Counted from the first letter of the stretch, positions 1-9,727 are shown. The stretch: DNA of 64,000 nucleotides from Pseudomonadota bacterium (GCA_027364845.1 DAHXOO010000008.1:121-64120); one strand, 5' to 3'. The notes: a model not told the origin generated them from the letters alone. Made by a program: numbers and translations.

Positions 1-1
1 C

Positions 2-721
2 GTTGAAATCGGCCCCGGGAAGGGGGCACTTACATACGCGTTGTTGGAGCGCACCGGGACCTTGCATGCGGTCGAGCTCGACCGCGATCTGGTTTCATAT
101 CTGCAGGAGGCATTTCCGCAGCGACTGGACGTCCATCAGGCTGACGCCCTGAGGTTCGATTTCTGCCAGCTGGCTCAGGCCGGAAAGCGGCTACGGCTCA
201 TCGGCAATTTGCCGTATAACATTTCCACGCCCCTGCTTTTTCATCTGCTGGACACCTGCCCCTGCATACAGGACATGCTATTCATGCTGCAGAAGGAGGT
301 CGTGGATCGCATGGCCGCGGAACCAGGAAGCGGCGACTATGGACGTTTGAGCGTGATGGTTCAATGGCGCTGCCGTGTCGAGCGCTTGTTCCACGTGCCG
401 GCCGACGCATTCTCGCCCCCTCCACGGGTGGAATCGGCGGTGGTTCGACTGACGCCATACGAACAGACCCCGGTGGCAGTAGACGATCCCGGGCGCTTTC
501 GGCAAATCGTGCTCGCGGCCTTCGCCCAGCGCCGCAAGGTTCTGCGCAATAGCGTAGGCAGTCTGGTGTCGCCGGAGCTGATCGAGCAGGCGGGAATCGA
601 CCCTGCCCGACGCGCAGAAACGCTGAGCCTCGCGGAGTTTGCGGCGCTCGCAAACATGGTGGCCCGCGCTGGTGCCGGGCATTCCACGGACACGAATGGA
701 CAGCCCCAAGACCGCGGCTAA
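2..721 (+). CDS. rsmA: 16S rRNA (adenine(1518)-N(6)/adenine(1519)-N(6))-dimethyltransferase, 5' truncated by window edge
   Basis: Reading frame is open from base 2 (VEIGPGKGALTYALLERTGTLHAVELDRDL); motifs IGNLPYNISTPLLFHLL, MLQKEVVDRMAAEPGSGDYGRLSVMVQ, AFSPPPRVESAVVRL are typical of KsgA/RsmA. Confidence 0.95.
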   Translation, partial: VEIGPGKGALTYALLERTGTLHAVELDRDLVSYLQEAFPQRLDVHQADALRFDFCQLAQAGKRLRLIGNLPYNISTPLLFHLLDTCPCIQDMLFMLQKEVVDRMAAEPGSGDYGRLSVMVQWRCRVERLFHVPADAFSPPPRVESAVVRLTPYEQTPVAVDDPGRFRQIVLAAFAQRRKVLRNSVGSLVSPELIEQAGIDPARRAETLSLAEFAALANMVARAGAGHSTDTNGQPQDRG

Positions 722-1482
722 GCGACTTCGCCCTGATTGGGACCGCCGTCAGCCACGCCAGGGTGCTGTTCCAGATTGGCCATGGCTTGCCGCATCCACT
801 GTTCCGCGATGTCCCGAATCTGCGTTGCGGACTTGCCCTGACTATCGATGACCGGCCCGATGACAACCTGGATCGTGCCAGGCCGCTTGATGAACCCGTG
901 CCGCGGCCAGAACGAGCCCGCATTGTGCGCCACGGGCACCACGGGATAACCTGTCTCGGCTGCAAGTACGGAGCCCCCGATCGCGTGTCGCTTGTTCTGC
1001 CCCGGTCCCAAACGTGTCCCCTCCGGGAACACCACGACCCAGCGACCGCTTTTCAGACGGTTGCGGCCCTGTTTGACGATTTGTTCGAGTGCGCGCGCGC
1101 CACCACCCCGGTCAATGGCGATCGGCTGCATCAGCGCGAGCCCCCAGCCAAAAAAAGGAATCAGCAGCAGCTCGCGTTTGAGTACCCAGACCTGGGGCGG
1201 AAAAATGGCCTGAAAGGCCAGGGTTTCCCACGAAGACTGGTGTTTTGCCAGGATTATAGCCGGGCTGCCCGGGAGGTTCTCCTTCCCTTCGACCCGATAG
1301 GTCAGATTGCACACAACCTTCAGCAGCCAAATCTGCAGTCGCGCCCAGAGGCTTATGAGTCGGTACCGTGTGAGCCCCGAAAAAGGAACTGTGAACAAGC
1401 TGAAAAAGGAAAAGACAACGACTGTGGTGAACATGAGGATATTGAACAGCAGCGAGCGCAGCGCGCGCATGTCAGCGCTCAA
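718..1482 (-). CDS. plsC: 1-acyl-sn-glycerol-3-phosphate acyltransferase
   Basis: KHQSSWETLAFQAIFP (HX4D-like acyltransferase motif I variant) and VVFPEGTR motif. Confidence 0.9.
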   Translation of the reverse strand: MSADMRALRSLLFNILMFTTVVVFSFFSLFTVPFSGLTRYRLISLWARLQIWLLKVVCNLTYRVEGKENLPGSPAIILAKHQSSWETLAFQAIFPPQVWVLKRELLLIPFFGWGLALMQPIAIDRGGGARALEQIVKQGRNRLKSGRWVVVFPEGTRLGPGQNKRHAIGGSVLAAETGYPVVPVAHNAGSFWPRHGFIKRPGTIQVVIGPVIDSQGKSATQIRDIAEQWMRQAMANLEQHPGVADGGPNQGEVA

Positions 1483-1999
1483 CCCGCCCCGAGATCAGGG
1501 CATCGACGAAGTCCCCGAGACTGTCGAAATCCACCTCCTGACCGGGCGCCAGCACACCGGAACCACCCAGCAACACCGCTTGCGCGCCGGCCGCCCTCGC
1601 CGCTGCCGCTTCGTCCACGGTTGCGCACGCCGCATAGGCCGACGACAGATTGATCTTGAGCCGTTCGGCGATCTCCTCATACAAGCCAGGTGACGGCGGC
1701 CGGCAGTGGCAACCCGCATCCGCGGCGTGGGGGCAAACAAAAACCGCATCGACTTGTCCGCCCTTGTTGCGGATCGACTCCAGCATGCGCACATGGATGC
1801 GGTTGAGGGTCTCCATCCGCGGAGCGCCGCCCGCCACCCCCGGCTGTACGGTCGTTACCAACGCCCGGTAACCTTCACGTTGCAGGCGCGCCAGTGCCTC
1901 CAGGCTGCCCGGCAACGGCACCCAGTCATCCGGCTGCCGAACACCGTTGACCGGAACCCTGTTGATGACACCATCGCGGCTGAGGATAACGAATTTCAT
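1472..1999 (-). CDS. HAD-superfamily protein of the D-glycero-beta-D-manno-heptose-1,7-bisphosphate 7-phosphatase (GmhB) family with substituted catalytic motifs
   Basis: MKFVILSRDGVINRVPVNGVRQPDDWVPLPGSLEALARLQREGYR and zinc-loop CPHAADAGCHCRPPSPG align by eye to GmhB; glyQ-glyS-gmhB-plsC synteny. Confidence 0.8.
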   Translation of the reverse strand: MKFVILSRDGVINRVPVNGVRQPDDWVPLPGSLEALARLQREGYRALVTTVQPGVAGGAPRMETLNRIHVRMLESIRNKGGQVDAVFVCPHAADAGCHCRPPSPGLYEEIAERLKINLSSAYAACATVDEAAAARAAGAQAVLLGGSGVLAPGQEVDFDSLGDFVDALISGRVER

Positions 2000-2230
2000 T
2001 CGATCACACCCCGGCCGGTGTGACCACGCGGCCGCACACTACCGGGGCACCAAGTGCGGGTTCTACCCCGAGATTTACTGACAAGATCACCACTGGCATC
2101 GCGAGAAAGCTGCTGCGGCATCTACCCAGAGCGAAGCGGGACCGGGACAGACACGGCCACTTCTGCTTGATGTATGGGCGCCGCTCTTCCGCATCATTGC
2201 GCTATCCTTGTGGGAAGATAGATCCGTCAC

Positions 2231-2560
2231 CTAGTCACGGAATTCCGAAACACGGACACGACCGTTGATCATTCGGCCCTGGCGTGACTCAAGCTTGTCC
2301 ATTTTTTCCCAGAAAGCCTTGCGCAGGTCGAATCCGGCGCTGATCGCCGTGCCCAAAACCAGAATGAACAGGTCCGCCACCTCCTCTGCGAGAGCCTCGG
2401 TACTCTTGCCCTTGGTGACGCACGCGGAAACTTCACCCAGCTCTTCTGCCATAAGCGCAACGCGGTAAACGAGCTCCTCGCCACCGCTGTCGCGAAACTT
2501 GTGCTTGTCGTGGAAAGACTGGACCGCCGCAAGCATATCCTGATACGAATCCGGATTCAT
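2231..2560 (-). CDS. MazG-like nucleotide pyrophosphohydrolase
   Basis: EELVYRVALMAEELGEVSACVTKGKSTEALAEEVADLFILVLGTA (EExxE...ExxD MazG pattern). Confidence 0.8.
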   Translation of the reverse strand: MNPDSYQDMLAAVQSFHDKHKFRDSGGEELVYRVALMAEELGEVSACVTKGKSTEALAEEVADLFILVLGTAISAGFDLRKAFWEKMDKLESRQGRMINGRVRVSEFRD

Positions 2561-2597
2561 CGCATTTCACCTTACCTTTTGTTCAGCCTCATCCACG

Positions 2598-4817
2598 TTA
2601 TCGGGCCTGCAGCTTCGAAATATCCGCAGCGCCGAGAAACAGGCCGCTAAGTTCGCTCAGTAGCGCGAGGCGATTGTCACGGATACGTACGTCTTCGACC
2701 ATGACCATTACCTGATCGAAGAATTCGTCGACTGCGGTACGCAGCCCCGCCAATCGTTTGAGTGCCGCAGCGAAGTCACCGCGCCCGATCAGATCTTCAA
2801 CTTGCGATCGAAGCGACGCGATCTGTTGCGCCAGTCTCTGTTCCGCGTTTTCAGTCAGCAGCGCCACATCGGCGTGGCCAATGGGGCCGGTACCAGCCTG
2901 GCGGAGGATGTTGCGGATACGCTTGTTTGCGCTCGCCAAAGCCTCAGCCTCTGGCAGACACCGAAAGGCCTGCAAGGCTTCGAGGCGCGGAATCACTTGG
3001 TCGAAACGCGTCGGTCCAAGACTAAGAACGGCGTCGATCTCGTCCGGAAGGAACCCCTTGTCGCGCAGATACGGTTTGAGTCGCTCGAGCAGAAAGCCGT
3101 AGAGATCCTGCACCACGCCTTCGGAAAGGATATCAGGGTCGAAATAGCCACGCGCGAGCGCAAGCAGTTCTCCCAGATCGAGCGCGAGCGAACGCTCCGC
3201 CAGAATGCGCACGACGCCCAGCGCCTGCCGCCGCAAGCCGAATGGGTCTTTGTCGCCGGTAGGGACGAGCCCCACACCGTAGATACCGATCAGGGTGTCG
3301 AGTTTATCCGCCAGCGCCAGACACACCCCGGCCAGCGTGGGCGGCAAACGGTCTCCCGAGAAGCGCGGTGAATAGTGCCCGCGGATCGCCCATTCGACGC
3401 TGCTTGGCTCGCCGTCATGCCGGGCGTAATCGGCGCCCATATAACCCTGTAATTCAGGAAACTCCCCGACCATTTCGGTCAACAGGTCGGCCTTGCACAG
3501 ATGAGCCGCACGTTCGACGTCACGCCTGTCTGCGTCCGACATTCCCATGCGTCCGGCAATCTCGCCTGCCAGCTTTTCGAGGCGGCGTACGCGCTCGATC
3601 TGGCTGCCAAGCTTGTTTTGATACACCACATTGGCGAGCTTTGGCACACGGTCTTCGAGTCTGGTCTTCCTATCCTGCTCGTAGAAGAACCTGGCGTCGC
3701 TCAGACGGGCCCGCAGCACCCGCTCATTACCTTGGATGATGTGCTTCGGCGTACGCGTCTCCATGTTACTCACCACTAGGAACCGCGGCAGCATTCCGCC
3801 AGCCGCCTGTCCATGGACCAGCGGAAAATATCTCTGGTGGTGTTGCATGCTCAACGCAAGGCAGGGAATGGGGACGTTCAGGAAATCCGGATCGAACTGG
3901 CCTGCATATACGGCGGGCCACTCTACCAGAGCGGCGACCTCATCAAGCAGCACGGCATTATTTCGAATGACCTCCTCTGCCGCAAATCCCCACTCCTCGC
4001 CCGGAAATTGCACCATCTTTCCGTCCGCACCCAGCACCAGGGCACCTTTTCTCACTTTTCCGGCCACTGCGCGCAGCTTGTGCTCGATCTCGCTGCGGCG
4101 TTCCGCGAAGCTGGCGAGAACGCGGCCACTGCGACGCAACGTATCAGCATAGCGTCCGGCGTGCAGAATAGTCAGCTTGCCGCGGCTCAGGAAACGATGT
4201 CCGACGGTCACGTTTCCGCTCCGTAATCCGAAGACCTCGCCCGCGACGACGCGCGCGCCATGCATCATCACAAGGCCATGCACCGGCCGTACGAATTGGA
4301 CCTCACCACTGCCCCAGCGCATGAGCCTGGCAACCGGCAGTTTTCCAAGGCCCGCTTCGACGATGGCACCCAAATGCCGTGCCAACGGTTCACCTTTCTG
4401 TTTCGAGCGATACACGAAGTATTCGCCTTTTTCGCCGCTGTGCCGTTCAAGGCTGTCGGGATCGACGCCGCACGACTTGGCAAACCCGCTGAGTGCTGGC
4501 GTAGGTTTTCCCGCCGAGTCGTAGCCAGCACCGACCGGGGGGCCACGGCGCTCGACGACACGATCCGGTTGCCGCCCGAGCACGCCGGTCGCAAGCACTG
4601 CCAGGCGCCGCGGGGTTGCAAAAACCTTATGCGTGCTGTCAGCCTGCAGAAGGGCATAATGCCCGAGACCGTCCATCACGGCGGCCGCAAACGCCTCCGC
4701 AAGCCGCTGGAGGGATTTTGGGGGAAGCTCCTCGGTGAGGAGCTCGACGAGCAGGGTATCGCTGGTCTGCCTCACGGGGGTGTGCCGTCCCTTCGCCTTC
4801 GCAGATCTTCGGACCAT
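2598..4817 (-). CDS. glyS: glycine--tRNA ligase beta subunit
   Basis: LLVELLTEELPPKSLQ, FPGEEWGF, TRFDQV, MVMVEDVRIRDNRLALL motifs; adjacent to glyQ. Confidence 0.97.
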   Translation of the reverse strand: MVRRSAKAKGRHTPVRQTSDTLLVELLTEELPPKSLQRLAEAFAAAVMDGLGHYALLQADSTHKVFATPRRLAVLATGVLGRQPDRVVERRGPPVGAGYDSAGKPTPALSGFAKSCGVDPDSLERHSGEKGEYFVYRSKQKGEPLARHLGAIVEAGLGKLPVARLMRWGSGEVQFVRPVHGLVMMHGARVVAGEVFGLRSGNVTVGHRFLSRGKLTILHAGRYADTLRRSGRVLASFAERRSEIEHKLRAVAGKVRKGALVLGADGKMVQFPGEEWGFAAEEVIRNNAVLLDEVAALVEWPAVYAGQFDPDFLNVPIPCLALSMQHHQRYFPLVHGQAAGGMLPRFLVVSNMETRTPKHIIQGNERVLRARLSDARFFYEQDRKTRLEDRVPKLANVVYQNKLGSQIERVRRLEKLAGEIAGRMGMSDADRRDVERAAHLCKADLLTEMVGEFPELQGYMGADYARHDGEPSSVEWAIRGHYSPRFSGDRLPPTLAGVCLALADKLDTLIGIYGVGLVPTGDKDPFGLRRQALGVVRILAERSLALDLGELLALARGYFDPDILSEGVVQDLYGFLLERLKPYLRDKGFLPDEIDAVLSLGPTRFDQVIPRLEALQAFRCLPEAEALASANKRIRNILRQAGTGPIGHADVALLTENAEQRLAQQIASLRSQVEDLIGRGDFAAALKRLAGLRTAVDEFFDQVMVMVEDVRIRDNRLALLSELSGLFLGAADISKLQAR

Positions 4818-4820
4818 GGA

Positions 4821-5774
4821 TTATTTCTGCCGTGCCTGCTTCAACAGTGGAAAACCGAGCGCCTGGCGCGAATTGAAATAGCTCTGAGCTACAAGACGCG
4901 CCAGCGCACGCACGCGCCCGATATAAGTCGCACGCTCGGTCGTGGAAATGGCGCCGCGCGCGTCCAAAAGGTTGAAAGTATGTGAGCATCGTATGACCAT
5001 CTCGAACCCGGGCAACGGAAGCTTCTCCACCATCAGGCGCTTGGCCTCGGCCTCGTAGTCATTGAACTGCTGAAACAGCCAATTGACGTTGCTGTGCTCG
5101 AAGTTGTAGCGTGACTGCTCGACCTCGTTCTGGTGGTACACGTCACCATAGCTGACACCGTCTGTCCATTCGATGTCATAGACACTGTCGACACCCTGGA
5201 GGTACATCGCAAGGCGCTCCAGGCCGTAGGTGATCTCACCGAGCACCGGCTTGCATGGCAGGCTACCAACCTCCTGGAAATAGGTGAACTGCGTCACCTC
5301 CATGCCGTCCAGCCACACCTCCCAGCCCAGGCCCCAGGCGCCCAGCGTGGGCGACTCCCAGTCATCTTCCACAAACCGGATATCATGCAGCTGGGTATCA
5401 ATACCGAGTTTCCTCAGCGACCCCAGATACAGATCCTGGATATCATCTGGGGATGGCTTAAGTACCACCTGGAACTGATAGTAGTGCTGCAGCCGATTTG
5501 GATTGTCACCATAGCGGCCATCCTTCGGACGCCGTGACGGCTGAACATATCCGGCCCGCCATGGCTCCGGTCCCAATGCCCGCAAAAATGTCGCGGTATG
5601 GAACGTTCCGGCCCCCATCTCCATGTCGTAGGGCTGGAGAATGACGCAACCTTGATCGGCCCAGTAACGTTGCAGGGCAAGTATGAGATCCTGAAAGTTC
5701 AGAATTTGGCCTTTGCTGATTGTATTAACAGCTTGAACAGCAGGATTATAACCTGTCGGCAGCTGCGGGTGCAT
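4821..5774 (-). CDS. glyQ: glycine--tRNA ligase alpha subunit
   Basis: [56 protein letters not shown]; near-invariant GlyQ sequence. Annotated start may be further in ([13 protein letters not shown]). Confidence 0.98.
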   Translation of the reverse strand: MHPQLPTGYNPAVQAVNTISKGQILNFQDLILALQRYWADQGCVILQPYDMEMGAGTFHTATFLRALGPEPWRAGYVQPSRRPKDGRYGDNPNRLQHYYQFQVVLKPSPDDIQDLYLGSLRKLGIDTQLHDIRFVEDDWESPTLGAWGLGWEVWLDGMEVTQFTYFQEVGSLPCKPVLGEITYGLERLAMYLQGVDSVYDIEWTDGVSYGDVYHQNEVEQSRYNFEHSNVNWLFQQFNDYEAEAKRLMVEKLPLPGFEMVIRCSHTFNLLDARGAISTTERATYIGRVRALARLVAQSYFNSRQALGFPLLKQARQK

Positions 5775-5795
5775 GGATGTGCGGATCGCATGGGC

Positions 5796-6632
5796 CTAAA
5801 TCGTGCGTGAAGTCCTGGCAGGCAGATCTTCGGCCGGGACGGGAGTTGCGGGCTTGGTCAAATGCTCCGCCTTCATCCCCGGGGCCTGGATTTCCTGTGG
5901 ACCCCGATATAGGCGCACCAGCTCGCTGAATATCTTCCGGGAGTGATGCAGAAAGAACGCACCACGGCGCGCCGGGTTGTTCCGGACTGGGCTTGGCAAT
6001 GACGCCGCGAGCTCGGCGGCCTGCGCCAAAGAAAGCTGTGATACCGGTATTCCCCAATAGGCTTGGGACGCGGCCTCGACCCCGTATATGCCACGCCCGA
6101 ATTCGGCCGTGTTGAGATAGATTTCCAGTATCCGGTGCTTTGCCAAATGATGCACCAGTCCCCAAGTAAGCAGCACTTCATTCCCTTTGCGCAGCAATGT
6201 GCGTGACGGTGTCAGAAACAGGTTCTTCGCGGTCTGCTGCGAAATCGTGCTGGCGCCATAGACGATGCGTCCCTTCTGGAGATTGTATTCGAACGCATCG
6301 CGGATGGCGGCAAAATCAAGTCCGTCATCCTCATAATAAAAACGGCTATCCTCAGCGACAATGACCGCACGCTGCAGGTATGCGGGGATCTCCCACAAAG
6401 GTACCGGGTCCCAGCGCAAGCGCGGCCAGTGGTTCGTTGCCCGCACCGACAGATAGTGCCGGATAAAGCGCGTTTCGGGGACTGGACCATGGCCCAGTCG
6501 CTGCCAGTTTGGCCAGAGGCTGGCCAGATAAATCAGATCGGCGGCCACAAATAGCAGGAGGATACGCAATGTCCAATGGAATGCGCGCACCAGCCACGTC
6601 AACCCGCGTTTTGTTCGTCTTGCGCTAGCCAT
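5796..6632 (-). CDS. mtgA: monofunctional biosynthetic peptidoglycan transglycosylase
   Basis: AVIVAEDSRFYYEDDGLDF, GASTISQQTAKNLFLTPSRTLLRKGNEVLLT, EIYLNTAEFGRGIYGVEAASQAYWG (GT51 motifs). Confidence 0.93.
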   Translation of the reverse strand: MASARRTKRGLTWLVRAFHWTLRILLLFVAADLIYLASLWPNWQRLGHGPVPETRFIRHYLSVRATNHWPRLRWDPVPLWEIPAYLQRAVIVAEDSRFYYEDDGLDFAAIRDAFEYNLQKGRIVYGASTISQQTAKNLFLTPSRTLLRKGNEVLLTWGLVHHLAKHRILEIYLNTAEFGRGIYGVEAASQAYWGIPVSQLSLAQAAELAASLPSPVRNNPARRGAFFLHHSRKIFSELVRLYRGPQEIQAPGMKAEHLTKPATPVPAEDLPARTSRTI

Positions 6633-6888
6633 CTTTGACTTCCGGTTATTGCCGAAAGGCCATTGTTCGGATCATTTCCATGGTGCGTTTGCCTCGCACC
6701 TTCTGGCATCCGGGTCCAGAGTGTAAGTATACCAGTACGTCCCGCCGCGCAGGTTCGAAGGCGCAAATCATCGGGAGCCAGGCGCCCGGCCAGTCCAAAT
6801 CCGGGGTAATTGGAATTTGTATCATTCGGGGTCTGCCCGGGGAACAAGATTGGACAGATACTGCGAATTCGCTTATGGTTCCTGCCCA

Positions 6889-6912
6889 GGTTTCACTGGG
6901 GTTAGTGAAACC
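6889..6912. other. perfect 8-bp stem hairpin GGTTTCAC-8nt-GTGAAACC in intergenic region
   Basis: Direct inverted repeat seen in sequence. Confidence 0.6.
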
Positions 6913-7245
6913 AGACCCGAACTAGAGGGGAGGAACCGGACCCGCAGGTAACCCCGTACCAAGCATCATCCTGACTGCCGAGTCCGATACGGGGCCTTTC
7001 CTGTTCCCATGGCGCGCATTTTGCCCGATACCCGCGCTAAAAACCTAGATTTTCACAGCTGTTCACCGGGAACGTGCGATGCGCCGGCTCGGAAGCCGTA
7101 AATGCCTCGGTCGAGGCTAAATAGTTTAAAATCTTCGGCGATTCGATGAATGACACCGGGCGCCCATGCAGCCGGCATTTCGGGGCCGTGATTTCTTGGC
7201 GCAACCTTAGTTAATAAGTATTTGAGAAATTCCGCAAACACTGCG

Positions 7246-8289
7246 ATGAACCAAGCACGCAAGGCAGTGGCGCTGATATCCGGCGGCCTCGATTCGCTGC
7301 TCGCCGCACGACTGATGCTGGACCAGGGCATCCATGTCGAGGGGATCAATTTCTATACCGGTTTCTGCGTCGAAGGACATACGCACGCGATCCGCGATCG
7401 TCGCCGGGCGAAGCCTAGACGCAACAATGCACTTTGGGCAGCCGAACAGCTCGGCATCAGGCTTCACATGATTGAAGTCGTCGAAGAATACAAAGCAGTA
7501 GTCATCAACCCCAAGCACGGGTACGGAGCAAACCTAAATCCTTGCCTGGACTGCAAGGGATTCATGGTCGGCAAAGCCCACGGCTGGATGGAGACGCACG
7601 GCTTCGATTTCATTATCACGGGCGAGGTAATTGGACAACGCCCTATGTCGCAGCGGCGTGACACCATGCCGGTGGTCGCAAGAGAGTCCGGTGCATTCGA
7701 TCGCCTACTGCGGCCCTTATGCGCCCAGCTTCTGGCCCCGACCTTGCCGGAACGTGAGGGCTGGATTGACCGGAACAAACTGCTTGCGCTGAACGGCCGT
7801 AACCGCAAGCCGCAGATCGCGTTGGCGGAAAGCTACGGATTCCGCGACTATGCGCAGCCGGCCGGTGGCTGCTGTTTTCTGACCGATGCCAACTATTCCA
7901 ATAAGCTGTCGGATCTCTGGGCAACACGCGGTGACAAGCACTATGAACTCGATGACATCATGCTGCTCAAGGTCGGGCGGCATATGCGCCCGCGACCGAA
8001 TTTCAAGCTCATCGTTGGGCGCGAAGAAGGCGAAAACAAATACCTGAGTGGATATCGCAACCGTTTCGTACACATGGCTGCGACAAGCCACCACGGGCCA
8101 TTGGCATTGGTCGAAGGCCAGCCCACAGAGGCGGATATAGAGCTCGCGGCACGTCTCACCGCGCGCTTCGGCCAAGGGCGTCATGCCGATAAGGTGACCG
8201 TAGAAGTGACCGATCCACGCGGCGGATCGAGGCTGCTCGAGGTTGCGCCGCTTCCCAGTAATGAGATCCCATCGAATTGGTATCTTTGA
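7246..8289 (+). CDS. PP-loop ATPase, ThiI/MnmA-like sulfur transferase-type protein with C-terminal DUF814/NFACT-R-like segment
   Basis: PP-loop ALISGGLDSLLAARLM; PCLDCKGFMVGKA (CxxC); AGGCCFL; C-terminal MLLKVGRHMRPRPNFKLIVGREEGENKYL; directly upstream of a tusA-like gene with TGATG overlap. Confidence 0.8.
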   Translation: MNQARKAVALISGGLDSLLAARLMLDQGIHVEGINFYTGFCVEGHTHAIRDRRRAKPRRNNALWAAEQLGIRLHMIEVVEEYKAVVINPKHGYGANLNPCLDCKGFMVGKAHGWMETHGFDFIITGEVIGQRPMSQRRDTMPVVARESGAFDRLLRPLCAQLLAPTLPEREGWIDRNKLLALNGRNRKPQIALAESYGFRDYAQPAGGCCFLTDANYSNKLSDLWATRGDKHYELDDIMLLKVGRHMRPRPNFKLIVGREEGENKYLSGYRNRFVHMAATSHHGPLALVEGQPTEADIELAARLTARFGQGRHADKVTVEVTDPRGGSRLLEVAPLPSNEIPSNWYL

Positions 8290-8531
8290 TGAATCGATAT
8301 CAGCTCGATGCCCGCAATCTGCTATGCCCGATGCCGGTTATCCGCACCCAGAACAGGATGTGTGAGTTGCACGCCGGCGACGTCCTAGAAGTACACTGCA
8401 CCGATCCTGGTGCGCTTCAGGACATTCCCGCTTGGTGTCGGATCAGCGGGCACGATGTACTCGACAGTCGTATCCAGGATGGCGATGTCATCGTGATCAT
8501 CCGGGCCGGTGGGCCGGCAGGACCACAATGA
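8289..8531 (+). CDS. TusA-like sulfurtransferase
   Basis: LDARNLLCPMPVIRTQNRMCELHAGDVLEVHCTDPGALQDIPAWCRISGHDVL; CPxP motif, TusA/SirA fold sequence pattern. Confidence 0.88.
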   Translation: MNRYQLDARNLLCPMPVIRTQNRMCELHAGDVLEVHCTDPGALQDIPAWCRISGHDVLDSRIQDGDVIVIIRAGGPAGPQ

Positions 8532-9697
8532 GCAACGGCACTGGCCCGAATCTGCTGGATAACACCGATCCGGCGCGTTATCAGGCGAGCCGGCGCGTCA
8601 CCTTTGTCAGTCTCGCGACAAACACGTTTCTGGCTCTGGGCCAGGTCGTTATCGGCTTCGTTGGCCGCTCACAAGGTCTGGTCGCAGACGGATTTCACAC
8701 GCTTTCCGACCTCACAACCGATACCCTGGTGCTGTTTGCGTTAACGCATAGCTTCAAGGCGGCAGACGAAGAGCACCCATACGGCCATGCCCGCATCGAA
8801 ACAGCGGTAACGGTTGCGTTGGGCGCAGTACTGCTGCTAGTTGCCGTCAGTATCGCGGTACGAGCCAGCTTACGCCTGCTGAGCGGGCCGGTGCTTGCTC
8901 CACCGTCCTCGCTTACGCTATGGGCATCGGGCCTGACGATCCTTCTGAAGGAAGGACTGTACCGCTATACCGAGCATACAGCGCGGCGCTTTTCATCCGA
9001 ACTTTTGCATGCGAATGCCTGGCACCACCGCAGTGACGCGATATCCTCGATAATGGTTTTCATCGGCATTGCTGGCAGCATCGGCGGCATCCATTATATG
9101 GATTCGCTGGCCGCAATCGGCGTGGCGCTTTTTGTCGGCAGGGTCGGTGTCAAGCTCGGCTGGCCAGCCTTGAGCGAGCTAATCGACACTGGACTGGATG
9201 CCGATCAGCTGCAGCGCATTCGCACCGCGATTCTCGGGGTGAGCGGCGTCAAGATGCTGCACCTGCTGCGCACGCGCCGGCTGGGCGGGCGTGGGTTAGT
9301 CGATGTCCATCTCATCGTCGATGACGCGATCAGCGTATCCGAGGGCCATCAGATCAGCGAGGCGGTACGTATAAAGCTGATCAATGAAATCGCTGGGATT
9401 GCGGACGTGATGGTCCACATCGATGCCGAGGACGACACGGCGCGATCGCCGTCATCGCAACTTCCGTTGCGGGACCAAGTGCTCACGCGACTGAACCAAT
9501 ATTTCGAACATATTGAGGCAGCGCGCCGCATCGAGCGCGTAACCTTGCACTATCTGGACGGACAGATTTGCGTGGAACTGATCATCCCGCTCAGCGCAGC
9601 TGCGGATTGCATTGAAGCTGCAAACCTCTCGGCGCAATTACAGGATGCGGTCAGGCATGATTCTGACATTGCCAGGTTAGTGGTCTATTATCATTGA
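8528..9697 (+). CDS. cation diffusion facilitator family transporter
   Basis: VADGFHTLSDLTTDTLVLFALTHS; HPYGHARIET; HANAWHHRSDAISS CDF motifs; ATGA overlap with upstream gene. Confidence 0.93.
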   Translation: MSNGTGPNLLDNTDPARYQASRRVTFVSLATNTFLALGQVVIGFVGRSQGLVADGFHTLSDLTTDTLVLFALTHSFKAADEEHPYGHARIETAVTVALGAVLLLVAVSIAVRASLRLLSGPVLAPPSSLTLWASGLTILLKEGLYRYTEHTARRFSSELLHANAWHHRSDAISSIMVFIGIAGSIGGIHYMDSLAAIGVALFVGRVGVKLGWPALSELIDTGLDADQLQRIRTAILGVSGVKMLHLLRTRRLGGRGLVDVHLIVDDAISVSEGHQISEAVRIKLINEIAGIADVMVHIDAEDDTARSPSSQLPLRDQVLTRLNQYFEHIEAARRIERVTLHYLDGQICVELIIPLSAAADCIEAANLSAQLQDAVRHDSDIARLVVYYH

Positions 9698-9714
9698 TGC
9701 ACTATTTCAGTGCA
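9698..9714. promoter_or_regulatory. NtrC-binding site (TGCACTATTTCAGTGCA)
   Basis: Perfect dyad TGCACT-N5-AGTGCA matching NtrC consensus TGCACY-N5-RGTGCA, upstream of glnA. Confidence 0.85.
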
Positions 9715-9727
9715 TATAGGCCATGTA

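Noticed and set aside
282-965. Long minus-strand ORF (227 aa) overlapping rsmA
   Set aside because: Composition is Arg/Pro/Ser-rich and antisense to a clear rsmA; typical high-GC shadow ORF.
763-1653. Plus-strand ORF of 296 aa
   Set aside because: Antisense to plsC and the gmhB-like gene; no domain-like pattern.
3813-4985. Several plus-strand ORFs antisense to glyS/glyQ
   Set aside because: Shadow ORFs opposite strongly conserved genes.
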